64,000 bases of DNA from Hyphomicrobiales bacterium (lineage in GTDB: Bacteria; Pseudomonadota; Alphaproteobacteria; Rhizobiales; OSC116), in the NCBI GenBank assembly GCA_051531935.1, contig JAOPTR010000007.1, positions 130,099 through 194,098 on the forward strand. The letters are read 5' to 3'. The notes below the pieces were generated by a model. The model ran no database searches. It was not told the DNA's origin and saw only the letters and a program-made list of their open reading frames with translations. Below are positions 1 to 9,606 of the stretch, piece by piece (position 1 is the first letter of the stretch; every line of letters begins with the position of its first letter). The translations under genes were made by a program, and so were the position numbers.

Positions 1-835
1 AGACATGGCAAAACGCGAAGTGTTTGGTAACCTTAAGTTCCGCCAAGCTATGTCTGTTGCGATTAATCGCGATGAGATTAACGAAGTGGCTTATTTTGGC
101 CTTGGTAAACCTCAGCAATATATTGCTTTCTCACCAACACCTTCATTTGTAAGCGAAGAGCTAGAGCAGCATTATGCACAGCATGATGTCGAAATGGCTA
201 AAACGCTACTCGATGAAGCAGGTGTGGTCGATAAAGATGGCGACGGCATGCGTGATTTGCCAAATGGCGACCCATTAGTGCTTAATCTGCAAGTGGCAAC
301 ACAAGGTATTTCTATTAAATTGGTAGAACTTGTGTCTCAATCTTGGAAAGATGTTGGCGTTAATAATACGGTGAAAGAAGTGACGACCGATGAATATCGT
401 TCTGCACAATCTAGCAACCAACTTGATGTGACTATGTATTCAAAAAGCCAACCTTTGGCTGTTGTTCTGGGCGTGTCCGAATTATTCATTCCGCCATATG
501 ACAACTATTTCAACCTACGTACCAACATGCTTTGGGGCGAATGGGTCGAAAGCAATGGTGCAACTGGTGTTGAACCACCTGCATATGTGAAGTCTATGAT
601 TAATGACATTGGTGCATTCCAATCAGCTATTGTTGGTACGGATGAATCAAACGCATTGGGCGAAAAACTTGTAAGAGATATGGCAGAAAATCTATTATTC
701 ATCGGTACGGTTAAAGCCGTAGCGCCGATTTATCATAGTAATGATCTGAAAAACTTCCCTGAGTTTAAAACTCAGTCATATGCTTATTACAGAACATATC
801 CATACCGTCCATCACAATGGTTTATTGCTCAATAG
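1..835 (+). CDS. ABC transporter substrate-binding protein, family 5 (peptide/oligosaccharide), 5'-partial
   Basis: FRQAMSVAINRDEI and DKDGDGMRDLPNG are typical of the C-terminal half of family-5 SBPs. It precedes two permeases and two ATPases. The N-terminus probably lies before the window. Confidence 0.88.
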   Translation, partial: DMAKREVFGNLKFRQAMSVAINRDEINEVAYFGLGKPQQYIAFSPTPSFVSEELEQHYAQHDVEMAKTLLDEAGVVDKDGDGMRDLPNGDPLVLNLQVATQGISIKLVELVSQSWKDVGVNNTVKEVTTDEYRSAQSSNQLDVTMYSKSQPLAVVLGVSELFIPPYDNYFNLRTNMLWGEWVESNGATGVEPPAYVKSMINDIGAFQSAIVGTDESNALGEKLVRDMAENLLFIGTVKAVAPIYHSNDLKNFPEFKTQSYAYYRTYPYRPSQWFIAQ

Positions 836-859
836 CTAATAATCTATTTCATATAAATC

Positions 860-890
860 AATCGCGAGTCTTTATAAGACTCGCGATTTT
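860..890 (+). terminator. Intercistronic stem-loop after the SBP gene
   Basis: Perfect 13-bp inverted repeat AATCGCGAGTCTT-tat-AAGACTCGCGATT followed by T/C-rich sequence; acts as a terminator or mRNA-stabilising hairpin. Confidence 0.7.
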
Positions 891-936
891 CCCCATTTTT
901 ACCGGCCTATCTAAATGGCAGGTTTTAGGACGTTAA

Positions 937-1941
937 GTGTTTCAGTTTATAAGATTTGTTGCCATTAGAGCCTGCTTAGCAGTGCTTACATTGGTGCTTG
1001 TATCCTTTGTTGTATTCTCCCTTATGGAGCTTGTACCAGGCGATTGCGCCGAGCGTTATGTCGCTTTTAAAAGTTCCCAAGGTGCGGTTATTACCGAGGC
1101 CGATATTCAAGTCGAACGTGTGAGGTTAGGCTTAGATAAGCCGTATATTCAACGTTGGGGTACATGGATATTAAATGCCTTCCGTGGCGAATTTGGCAAT
1201 AGTTGTATTTTACGTCTGAATATAAATGACTTATTAGGACAAAAATTTTGGCTCAGCCTTGGCCTTTGTTTGTCAGCTTTATTATTGGCATATGCTATTG
1301 CTATTCCTGTTGGCATTCTAGCCGCCACATCAAAAAATGCGTTCTTAAACAATAGCCTGCGTTTGGTAAGCTATTTAGGTTTGGCATTGCCAAACTTCCT
1401 TTTGGCATTAATGATAATGTTATTCTCAACCGTTTTTTATGGCGATAGTCTCACAGGTTTATTCTCTAAAGAATTTCGCGATGCACCTTGGTCGTATGAT
1501 CGACTGATGGATTTCTTCGGCCATGCGTGGTTACCCATATTCATATTAGGTTGGTCAGCAACCGCTTTTGCCATTCAAACCGTGCGGGCCTTAATGTCCG
1601 ATGAAATTGGCAAATTATATGTAACCGCTGCTGCAGCGCGTGGTGTTTCGGGTGGTAAATTAATGATGCGCTATCCAGCACGTCATGCGTTAAGCCCTAT
1701 TGTTAACTCACTAGGGTTCGATCTTAACCGCATATTTAACGAGCTGCCCATTGTGGCGCTCATCCTCAGCCTTACCGAGGCAGGCAGTCTTCTCATCGAG
1801 GCCTTGGCAAGGTCTAATGATCAACAATTAGCAGGTGCTATTATCTTCATGCTCACCGCCTCCATCGTCGCCATAAACTTTGTGACCGACATTGTCTTAG
1901 CTCTAACCGATCCGCGCGTTAGACGCGGCATAATGGGGTGA
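937..1941 (+). CDS. ABC transporter permease, DppB/OppB type
   Basis: N-terminal MELVPGD, RLGLDKP, LALPNF, multiple TM helices and C-terminal DPRVR. Confidence 0.9.
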   Translation: MFQFIRFVAIRACLAVLTLVLVSFVVFSLMELVPGDCAERYVAFKSSQGAVITEADIQVERVRLGLDKPYIQRWGTWILNAFRGEFGNSCILRLNINDLLGQKFWLSLGLCLSALLLAYAIAIPVGILAATSKNAFLNNSLRLVSYLGLALPNFLLALMIMLFSTVFYGDSLTGLFSKEFRDAPWSYDRLMDFFGHAWLPIFILGWSATAFAIQTVRALMSDEIGKLYVTAAAARGVSGGKLMMRYPARHALSPIVNSLGFDLNRIFNELPIVALILSLTEAGSLLIEALARSNDQQLAGAIIFMLTASIVAINFVTDIVLALTDPRVRRGIMG

Positions 1942-3137
1942 TGGATATGAGTGAAACAAGTATATCAACCAAAGACCAAAAACTAAAAGAAGCTTATTTT
2001 ACCGCATCTCAAGGCCAATTAATTTGGCAACGGTACAAAAAAAATAAGTCGGCACTTATTGGCGCATGGGTATTAATAATTCTGGTGCTGTCAGGTATTT
2101 TTGCACCGTTTTTAACCCCTTATGATGCCACCATTTCGGGGCGTGATAAAGAATATCTAAATGGCGCGCCGCAAGTGCCAAGTTTCTGCGATGATAATGG
2201 CTGCTCATTAAGACCATTTATCTATAGTTATGAGCGCACCCGCTCTATCAAAACCAATTTTCGTTGGGTTACCGAAATCAATACCGATATCGAATCCCGT
2301 CGCTACGTAGAATTTTTTGTCGAAGGGGTTAGTTATACTTATCTCAAATTCGATATTAACCTACCAGGCGACGCGCTCGATTTCACCATTCCTGGCCTTA
2401 CATTCAATACCCATTTATTTGGCGTTACCAAAGGCCAAATTCACATTTTTGGTACCGATAGCACAGGTAAAGATATTTACTCCCGTACCCTAACCGCCAT
2501 CAATACCAGTATGGCTGTTGGCACCATTGGCGTGTTTATTGCCTTTGTTATGGCGTTGTGCATTGGCGGTGTAGCAGGTTATTATGGCGGGTGGATAGAC
2601 AGCAGCCTGCAAATGATTACCGACACAGTGCGTACCATTCCAAGCATTCCACTATTTATGGCATTGGCGGCTTTCATCCCGCCCGAGTGGAGTGCCGAGG
2701 CGCGATTTTTCTTCATATCTATGGTTCTGGGGCTTATCAATTGGCCAACCTTGGCAAGGCGGGTGCGTACACATTTACTCACCGAACGCAGCCAAGAATA
2801 TGTGCTAGCAGCTCAGCTTAGTGGCGCATCAGGCGCACATGTCATCCGTAAGCATTTATTACCAAGCTTCACGTCTTATATCATTGTCGATTTGGTCATT
2901 TCATTCCCCTATATGGTGCTGTCTGAAACCGCTCTAAGCTTTATCGGCCTTGGCCTCAAAGACCCTGTAAATTCATTAGGTGTTATGCTGCAAAATGTAA
3001 CAAGTGCCGATGTTCTACTTAATTATCAATGGTATTTTATTCCTGTTATTTTCTTCATTGCATTGGTTTTGGCCTTTGTATTTGTTGGCGATGGCCTGCG
3101 TGATGCTGCCGATCCATATGGGAGCAGCAATAAATGA
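1938..3137 (+). CDS. ABC transporter permease, DppC/OppC type, with large extracytoplasmic insertion
   Basis: FGTDSTGKDIYSR, EYVLAAQLSGA, LSFIGLG and GDGLRDAADP; overlaps the upstream stop. Confidence 0.9.
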   Translation: MMDMSETSISTKDQKLKEAYFTASQGQLIWQRYKKNKSALIGAWVLIILVLSGIFAPFLTPYDATISGRDKEYLNGAPQVPSFCDDNGCSLRPFIYSYERTRSIKTNFRWVTEINTDIESRRYVEFFVEGVSYTYLKFDINLPGDALDFTIPGLTFNTHLFGVTKGQIHIFGTDSTGKDIYSRTLTAINTSMAVGTIGVFIAFVMALCIGGVAGYYGGWIDSSLQMITDTVRTIPSIPLFMALAAFIPPEWSAEARFFFISMVLGLINWPTLARRVRTHLLTERSQEYVLAAQLSGASGAHVIRKHLLPSFTSYIIVDLVISFPYMVLSETALSFIGLGLKDPVNSLGVMLQNVTSADVLLNYQWYFIPVIFFIALVLAFVFVGDGLRDAADPYGSSNK

Positions 3138-4135
3138 CCCAATTAATAGATGTGCAAAATCTCACACTACAATTTAAAACCGATGAAGGTCTCATTACAG
3201 CGGTAGATGATGTTTCATTCTCCATCGCCCCGGGCGAAGTCTTAGGCTTGGTTGGCGAAAGCGGCAGCGGCAAATCCGTCACCGCAAAATCGCTGATGAA
3301 ACTAAACCCCGGCAATGCAGTTTATAGCGATGAAACTAAAGTAAACCTTCATTTAGAAGGTCAAGATCCCATTGATATTATGCAGCTAAATTCTGCAAGG
3401 GATATGAAAGTCGCTCGTGGTGGCGCCATTTCAATGATTTTCCAAGAACCAATGGCAAGCTTTGCTCCCGCCCTCACAATTGGCGATCAAATGGTTGAGC
3501 AATTGCTCATTCATACCGATTATAATAAAGCCAGAGCCAAAAAACATTCTATCGAAATGTTAGATCGCGTCGGTATTTCCGATGCCGATAAACGCTTTGA
3601 TCAATTTGCGTTCGAGCTTTCGGGTGGCATGCGCCAACGCGCTATGATCGCTATGGCACTATCTACGCGCCCAAAACTACTAATTGCCGATGAGCCAACA
3701 ACCGCGCTCGATGTCACTATCCAATTGCAAGTGATTGATCTGATGAAAGATTTGGTCAAAGAATTTGGCATGGGTATATTATTCATCACCCATGATTTGG
3801 GCGTTATTGCCCAAACAGCCGATAATGTTGCGGTTATGTATCTCGGTAAAATAATCGAGAAGGGCAGCGTACGCGATGTATTGCGCAACCCAAGCCATCC
3901 TTACACGCAAGGCCTTATTGATGCCCTTCCAAGGTTAGATAATCTCGATGCGCCGCTAAAAGCCATCTCGGGTGACATTCCATCCCCGCTAGAACGCCCC
4001 AAAGGCTGTGTATTCCACACCAGATGCCCCAAAGATATGCCAAGCGCATGCCAAAGCAAAGTGCCAAGCTTTATTGACCTAGAGCCAAGCCACACAGCCG
4101 CATGTCATTTGTTAGACAAAGAGGCCACATCATGA
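3134..4135 (+). CDS. ABC transporter ATP-binding protein, DppD/OppD type
   Basis: Walker A GESGSGKS, LSGGMRQR, LLIADEPTTALD and C-terminal Cys-rich GCVFHTRCP. Confidence 0.93.
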   Translation: MTQLIDVQNLTLQFKTDEGLITAVDDVSFSIAPGEVLGLVGESGSGKSVTAKSLMKLNPGNAVYSDETKVNLHLEGQDPIDIMQLNSARDMKVARGGAISMIFQEPMASFAPALTIGDQMVEQLLIHTDYNKARAKKHSIEMLDRVGISDADKRFDQFAFELSGGMRQRAMIAMALSTRPKLLIADEPTTALDVTIQLQVIDLMKDLVKEFGMGILFITHDLGVIAQTADNVAVMYLGKIIEKGSVRDVLRNPSHPYTQGLIDALPRLDNLDAPLKAISGDIPSPLERPKGCVFHTRCPKDMPSACQSKVPSFIDLEPSHTAACHLLDKEATS

Positions 4136-5145
4136 GCCAAGATCATAAAAAAATACCACTCATTAAGACCACAGGCCTCTCCGTTCATTACCCATTGCGC
4201 AACAATAAGCTATTTGGCAAGCCGCCGGTGGTGCGCGCTGTCGAGGGCATAGATATAGAAATAGCCGAAGGCAGTTTCTTCGGTTTGGTGGGCGAAAGTG
4301 GCAGTGGTAAAACCACGTTAGGCCGCGCCTTACTAAAAGCCGCCCCCATCACTCATGGCACAATTGAATATAATGACGATGAAGCGAATTATAATATTGC
4401 TGATATCAGCAAGGCCGATCTAAAACAATATCGCAAACGCGCACAGCTTATATTTCAAGATCCATATGCAGCGCTCAGCCCGCGCATGACGGTGCGCGAT
4501 ATCATTGCCGAGCCATTAGAAGTGATGGGCATCACCAAAACGCGCGAGGAAACCGATGCCCGCGTGCGCGAGATTGCCGCCAAATGCCGCCTTAGTTTAG
4601 AGCATTTACGTCGTTTCCCTCATGCCTTTTCAGGTGGTCAAAGACAACGCATATCCATCGCCCGCGCTTTGGTATCAAACCCAAAATTTGTTGTGGCTGA
4701 TGAAAGTGTTGCTGCTTTGGATGTTTCCATTCAAGCCGATGTGCTGAATTTGCTCAAAGACATTCAATCCGAAATGGGCGTGGCGTTCTTGTTTATCAGT
4801 CACGATCTAAGTGTGGTGGCACATGTGTGCGATCATGTTGCTGTTATGTATTTAGGCCGCATTGTCGAGAGCGCACCCACACGCGAGCTTTTTGCAAATC
4901 CGCGCCATCCTTATACCCGCGCATTGCTCAGCGCCATTCCGTCGCTCGATCCTGATGACAGGGGCAAAGCCCAAAAGCTAGATGGAGAAATTCCATCGCC
5001 AACCAACCCACCTTCTGGCTGTAAATTTCATACAAGATGCCCAAACGCACAGGATAAATGCAAAAGTGACGAGCCGAAATTAGAAACCCAAGGCGAACAC
5101 GGTGTTTCTTGCCATTTCTGGCAGGATTTAATGCCCGATGCCTAA
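4132..5145 (+). CDS. ABC transporter ATP-binding protein, DppF/OppF type
   Basis: GESGSGKT, FSGGQRQR and GCKFHTRCP. Start placed at the ATG at 4132 (ATGA overlap with the upstream stop). Confidence 0.93.
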   Translation: MSQDHKKIPLIKTTGLSVHYPLRNNKLFGKPPVVRAVEGIDIEIAEGSFFGLVGESGSGKTTLGRALLKAAPITHGTIEYNDDEANYNIADISKADLKQYRKRAQLIFQDPYAALSPRMTVRDIIAEPLEVMGITKTREETDARVREIAAKCRLSLEHLRRFPHAFSGGQRQRISIARALVSNPKFVVADESVAALDVSIQADVLNLLKDIQSEMGVAFLFISHDLSVVAHVCDHVAVMYLGRIVESAPTRELFANPRHPYTRALLSAIPSLDPDDRGKAQKLDGEIPSPTNPPSGCKFHTRCPNAQDKCKSDEPKLETQGEHGVSCHFWQDLMPDA

Positions 5146-6698
5146 TGGCTAAGCGTTCCGTCTGGAGTCACCGCAAAATCCGAAAGCCTACGGTTCGCGT
5201 AGCGCAACCGATGGTTCAATAATTTCTGTGTCATAGCCAGTAATATTGCACTTGCATCCGCATCATTGGCTAAATTCACCATTTCGTTCGGGTCGTTTGC
5301 TAAGTCAAATAGCAAAGGCGGCAGCCCACCGTTAAAGTGTACAAGCTTATAATCATCATCCCGAATGATAGATAGGTTGGCATCATGTAAACTCAGCCCC
5401 AATTGCTGTTGCCAAGGTGTTGCTTTTGCAGGTTCGCCAAAGTCTAGTTCGGTATAAATATGAGTGCGCCAGTTTTCAGGCTTATCACCATGCAAAAACG
5501 CCATCAAACAATGCCCGTCAAAGCTGTTGGGTTGGGTTAAACGATCTCCCAAGCCCGCCCAGCGCATCATCGTTGGCATCAGGTCAATGCTTTCTGAAAA
5601 TTTGTTTATAGATGTGCCATGACATTCCGCATGGTTGGGGTCGCGTATAATCAATGGCACATGAGTGGCCGCTTCATAAATAGTGTGTTTGCCCCATTGG
5701 TGGTGATCTCCCAACATTTCGCCATGGTCAGCCGTTAATACAATCAGAGTGTCATCATATTCACCAGTGGCTTTTAAATGTTCAATAATCCGTCCTATAT
5801 GGTGGTCAACTTCAGTCACCATTCCCATATAAACCGAGCGCGCTGTCGCAATTACATGCTCATCTTGTGCGTTGCAATTTTCAGGCAATCCAATGTCACC
5901 GTCAAAGAATGTTTTATGTTTGATAATCTCTAAATATATCGCCAAATAAGGATGCACAGCATATTCATCAGCCAAATCATCATGTTTTATTGGCGCGGGA
6001 ATCTCCGCATTCTTATACATTCTATTGTAAGGTTCAGGGGCCACCAAAGGCGGGTGAGGGCGCAAATATGTAACATGTGCAAACCAACCTTCTCCTTTGC
6101 GCACGCTCAATTCTTTTATCACTTCATCTGTTAAAAAAGCGGTGTCACTGTCTGCGGCTTTGTAAAATGTGGGGTCGTCTAGTTGTGGCTCTACACCTTC
6201 TGGCGTCTGCGGAATAAAAAACTCTTCATAACACGGAATGTCATATCCCTTAGCTTTAAGTGATGCCCGCCACGGGTAACTACTTTCAGAGCGCATTTCT
6301 AATTTTTCAACCCAACCAGGCATCAACGCTTCATAATCACGTAAAGCAGGGTCGTCTTTGTGCAAAACCGTTGGGTCGCCACTGGTGTCGGTATAGCCAA
6401 ACAACATTGGCTCATAGCCTGCTTTACGCATTTCGCGTGCTAGGTTTGGGGTGTCATAAGCCAATGGCGCGCCATTGCGCACACTGCCATGGTTAAACGC
6501 ATATTGCGCGGTTAAAATAGATGCCCGCGCTGGCCCACAAGGGTTCACAACCGAATAATGCTTTTCAAAGCTCACCGCATCATCGCGTAAAGCGCGTATG
6601 TTGGGCATGGCAACTTTTTTTTCCAATGCCCCAGATACACAATCAGCTCGTAATTGATCAATAATGATAAAAAGAATATTTTGTTTATTTGCCATCAT
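5142..6698 (-). CDS. Sulfatase-family hydrolase, phosphonate monoester hydrolase-like
   Basis: NILFIIIDQLRAD, formylglycine motif CGPARASILT, FGYTDT, YLRPHPP and TADHGEMLGDH. No signal peptide. Confidence 0.8.
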   Translation of the reverse strand: MMANKQNILFIIIDQLRADCVSGALEKKVAMPNIRALRDDAVSFEKHYSVVNPCGPARASILTAQYAFNHGSVRNGAPLAYDTPNLAREMRKAGYEPMLFGYTDTSGDPTVLHKDDPALRDYEALMPGWVEKLEMRSESSYPWRASLKAKGYDIPCYEEFFIPQTPEGVEPQLDDPTFYKAADSDTAFLTDEVIKELSVRKGEGWFAHVTYLRPHPPLVAPEPYNRMYKNAEIPAPIKHDDLADEYAVHPYLAIYLEIIKHKTFFDGDIGLPENCNAQDEHVIATARSVYMGMVTEVDHHIGRIIEHLKATGEYDDTLIVLTADHGEMLGDHHQWGKHTIYEAATHVPLIIRDPNHAECHGTSINKFSESIDLMPTMMRWAGLGDRLTQPNSFDGHCLMAFLHGDKPENWRTHIYTELDFGEPAKATPWQQQLGLSLHDANLSIIRDDDYKLVHFNGGLPPLLFDLANDPNEMVNLANDADASAILLAMTQKLLNHRLRYANRRLSDFAVTPDGTLSH

Positions 6699-6703
6699 TT
6701 CAC

Positions 6704-7339
6704 CTATGTAATGATATTAAAAATCGCCTCAGCTAATTTAGTATGTTCCGCGCTGGCCCAATGAATGCCATCAACTTTAGATGTCTTAATATGAGCACCT
6801 GCATCCAGATAATGCACACCCGCTTCCGTGGCAAAATGCGCATAATTAACGGCTAATTCATGCGACATGGCTTCGGCCTTATCAAAAATTTCCATCGGCT
6901 GGTCGCATTCATCCAATATTGGGGGCGGGCAGATCATCAAAATTTGTGGCGTTTTACCACCCGTTCCCACTTCAACACCATTGGCCTTCACGTCGTCAAT
7001 AAGCACTTTAGCGCCCAGAGCAATTTCCCGTGCATTTTTGCCAAATCGGTTTTTTAAATCATTTGTTCCCAACATAATAATCACCCAGTCGAGTGGCTTA
7101 TGGCTGTGCAGAATAGCTTGCAATGGCATGCGGCCATTTTTCCAATCACCTTCAATCGGGTCGTTGCTCACTGTGGTGCGGCCATTTAACCCTTCTTCAA
7201 TTATCCGATAATCCGTACTGCCCAAAAGCCCTTGCAAAACACTCGTCCATCTCACACCTAGCGGATAACGACCGTCATCATGCCCCTCAACCGATGCGCC
7301 CCAAGTGTTGCTATCGCCATAACATAATATATTTTGCAT
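6704..7339 (-). CDS. SGNH/GDSL family hydrolase (esterase)
   Basis: Block I GDSNTWG, EEGLNGRTT, MLGTND and DGIH. Confidence 0.9.
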   Translation of the reverse strand: MQNILCYGDSNTWGASVEGHDDGRYPLGVRWTSVLQGLLGSTDYRIIEEGLNGRTTVSNDPIEGDWKNGRMPLQAILHSHKPLDWVIIMLGTNDLKNRFGKNAREIALGAKVLIDDVKANGVEVGTGGKTPQILMICPPPILDECDQPMEIFDKAEAMSHELAVNYAHFATEAGVHYLDAGAHIKTSKVDGIHWASAEHTKLAEAIFNIIT

Positions 7340-7348
7340 TTCATTCCC

Positions 7349-8521
7349 TTAATTTGTCAATTCAATCACATGCGTGGCTATCATTAACTCTTCGTTGGTT
7401 TTCATAGCCCATAACTCAACTCGGCTGTTTGCCGCGCTAATGCGCATGGCACCTTCGTTGCCCATATTTGTATCATTTGCAGCGCAATTCAGTTCAGCCC
7501 CAAGCCACGATAATTTATCGCAAATTTTAGCCCGTATTAAACTCGAATTTTCACCAATGCCACCGGTAAATATGACCGCGTCAACACCATCCATGCTTGC
7601 CATAAAACGCCCAATCTGCTCGTTAATGTTATAGCAAAAAGCATCAACCGCAAGCTTAGCATTCTCATTGTCCGATGCCGATAATTCAGCCATATCATTG
7701 GTCATGCCAGATATACCCAATAAACCAGATTCATTATAAAGAATATGCTTCAGCTCGCCAATGCTCATGCCCTCATTTTCAAGCAGATGAAAAATCACCC
7801 CAGGGTCTATACTGCCTGAACGCTTGCCCATAATTGCACCGTCCAAAGCCGTAAAGCCCATGCTTGTCACAAAGGATTTGCCGTTTTTAATGCCGCACAA
7901 ACTCACCCCATTGCCCATATGTGCCACAATCACATTTTTATATTTTCCAGTAATCTGACTGTTTATATATTCGTAAGATAAACCATGAAATCCATACCGC
8001 TTTATGCCCATTTCGCGGATATTTTCAGGCAATGGCATCAGTTGTGAAAATGGGTTTAAAGTCTGGTGAAACCCTGTGTCAAAACAACCAATTTGCGGCA
8101 AGTGCGGCATGGTTTCAAATAGGTAGTCAACCGCAGCCAGATTATGTGGTTGGTGGTTAGGTGCTAATTTTGTAAGTTTGCGCAACTGTTCTAAATTCTC
8201 AGCATTTAGGCTGACAGGTTGTGTAAACTCAGTACCACCATGCACAATTCTGTGCCCAACCGCGGCAAAGTCATCAAAGCCCAATGCCGCAATTCTGGCC
8301 AATATTAGCTTCACACAGTCCTGATGCGTAAAACCCACAGGCAATGTTTCATTGGCAATTCGAGCACCCAATTCATCATTAATTTTCAGGCGGGCAGCTT
8401 GGTTTTTTTCACCCACATTAGACACCGCAAAACTCAATCGTTTCGCTGGCGAACCAACCGCATCAAATAAAGCCGCTTTCACGCTAGATGAACCCGCATT
8501 GATTACTAAAATCAAGCTCAT
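7349..8521 (-). CDS. ackA: Acetate kinase
   Basis: VINAGSSSVK, GHRIVHGG, FDTGFH, RYGFHGLS, HMGNGVS, FTGGIGENS and TNEELMIA. Start placed at 8521 (ATGA overlap with pta). Confidence 0.93.
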   Translation of the reverse strand: MSLILVINAGSSSVKAALFDAVGSPAKRLSFAVSNVGEKNQAARLKINDELGARIANETLPVGFTHQDCVKLILARIAALGFDDFAAVGHRIVHGGTEFTQPVSLNAENLEQLRKLTKLAPNHQPHNLAAVDYLFETMPHLPQIGCFDTGFHQTLNPFSQLMPLPENIREMGIKRYGFHGLSYEYINSQITGKYKNVIVAHMGNGVSLCGIKNGKSFVTSMGFTALDGAIMGKRSGSIDPGVIFHLLENEGMSIGELKHILYNESGLLGISGMTNDMAELSASDNENAKLAVDAFCYNINEQIGRFMASMDGVDAVIFTGGIGENSSLIRAKICDKLSWLGAELNCAANDTNMGNEGAMRISAANSRVELWAMKTNEELMIATHVIELTN

Positions 8522-9471
8522 GCGCCAAACGCAACATTGCCGCGCTCCAAATAAGCATAATATAATTGCGCCAATGCCGCACTGCATAACCTTGCATGCA
8601 AACCATCCGCACGACTGGTTAAAATAAGCGGCACTTTTGCCCCAATCGCAATCCCTGCTGATTCCGCCCGCGCTAAATATTCAAGCTGCTTATACAGCAT
8701 ATTACCTGTTTCCAAATCAGGCGTTAGCAATATGTCAGGGTCACCCGCCACAGGCGAAACAATGCCCTTAATGTCAGCGGCTTTGCGCGATATTGCATTG
8801 TCAAACGCCAATGGTCCATCCACAATACCGCCTATAATTTGTTTACGGTCAACCATTTTGCACAAAGCCGCAGCATCAATGGTCGATGGAATATTGGGGT
8901 TCACACTTTCAACAGCGCTTAATATCGCCACTTTCGGCAAATCAATGCCCAAAGCATGTGCCAAACTAATGGCGTTTTGCAATATATCAGCCTTGGTTTT
9001 TAAATCAGGTTCAATGTTAATGGCCGCGTCAGTGATGAATAAAAACTTATGATAATTCGGCGCATCAATTACAAATGTATGGCTTAAACGGCGTTCAGTT
9101 CTAATGCCATTGGTGCGGTGCAATACAGGTTTTAAAAATTCGTCAGTGTGTATAGCGCCTTTCATAATGCTTTTGGCAGTGCCTTCGCGCACAAGTTCAA
9201 CGGCTTTTGCAGCAGCGGCATGGCTGTGCGGCACGTCAATAATCTCAAAGCCTTTTATGTCCTCGTTCAACTCTTCGGCAACGGCTTCAATTTTGTCCTT
9301 AGGGCCAATTAATATTGGGTTTAATAGCTCAGCTTTGGCCGCTTCTAATGCCCCATCAAGTGAATGCACATCAACAGGGTGCACAATGGCGGTGCGTCTT
9401 GGGCGCAGGCCTTTGGCTCTTTCTAATATCGCTTCATATCTATTGGCCAGTGGCCGCGCGTCATGTCGCAT
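8518..9471 (-). CDS. Phosphate acetyl/butyryltransferase
   Basis: IMKGAIHT, ITDAAINIEP, DGPLAFDNAIS, PDLETGNML and ILTSRAD. Likely start MRHD at 9471. Confidence 0.9.
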   Translation of the reverse strand: MRHDARPLANRYEAILERAKGLRPRRTAIVHPVDVHSLDGALEAAKAELLNPILIGPKDKIEAVAEELNEDIKGFEIIDVPHSHAAAAKAVELVREGTAKSIMKGAIHTDEFLKPVLHRTNGIRTERRLSHTFVIDAPNYHKFLFITDAAINIEPDLKTKADILQNAISLAHALGIDLPKVAILSAVESVNPNIPSTIDAAALCKMVDRKQIIGGIVDGPLAFDNAISRKAADIKGIVSPVAGDPDILLTPDLETGNMLYKQLEYLARAESAGIAIGAKVPLILTSRADGLHARLCSAALAQLYYAYLERGNVAFGA

Positions 9472-9606
9472 GTCTTTTCCGTTCAATTGTTGTCTGTTAA
9501 GTTTGGCAAATTTCCGCAATGTCGGCAAGCAGTTTATCAGCAAAATTTGCTTTTATTCTGCGGCAAAACAGCCTATGACTTTAGATGAAAATTCAGAGGG
9601 AATATC

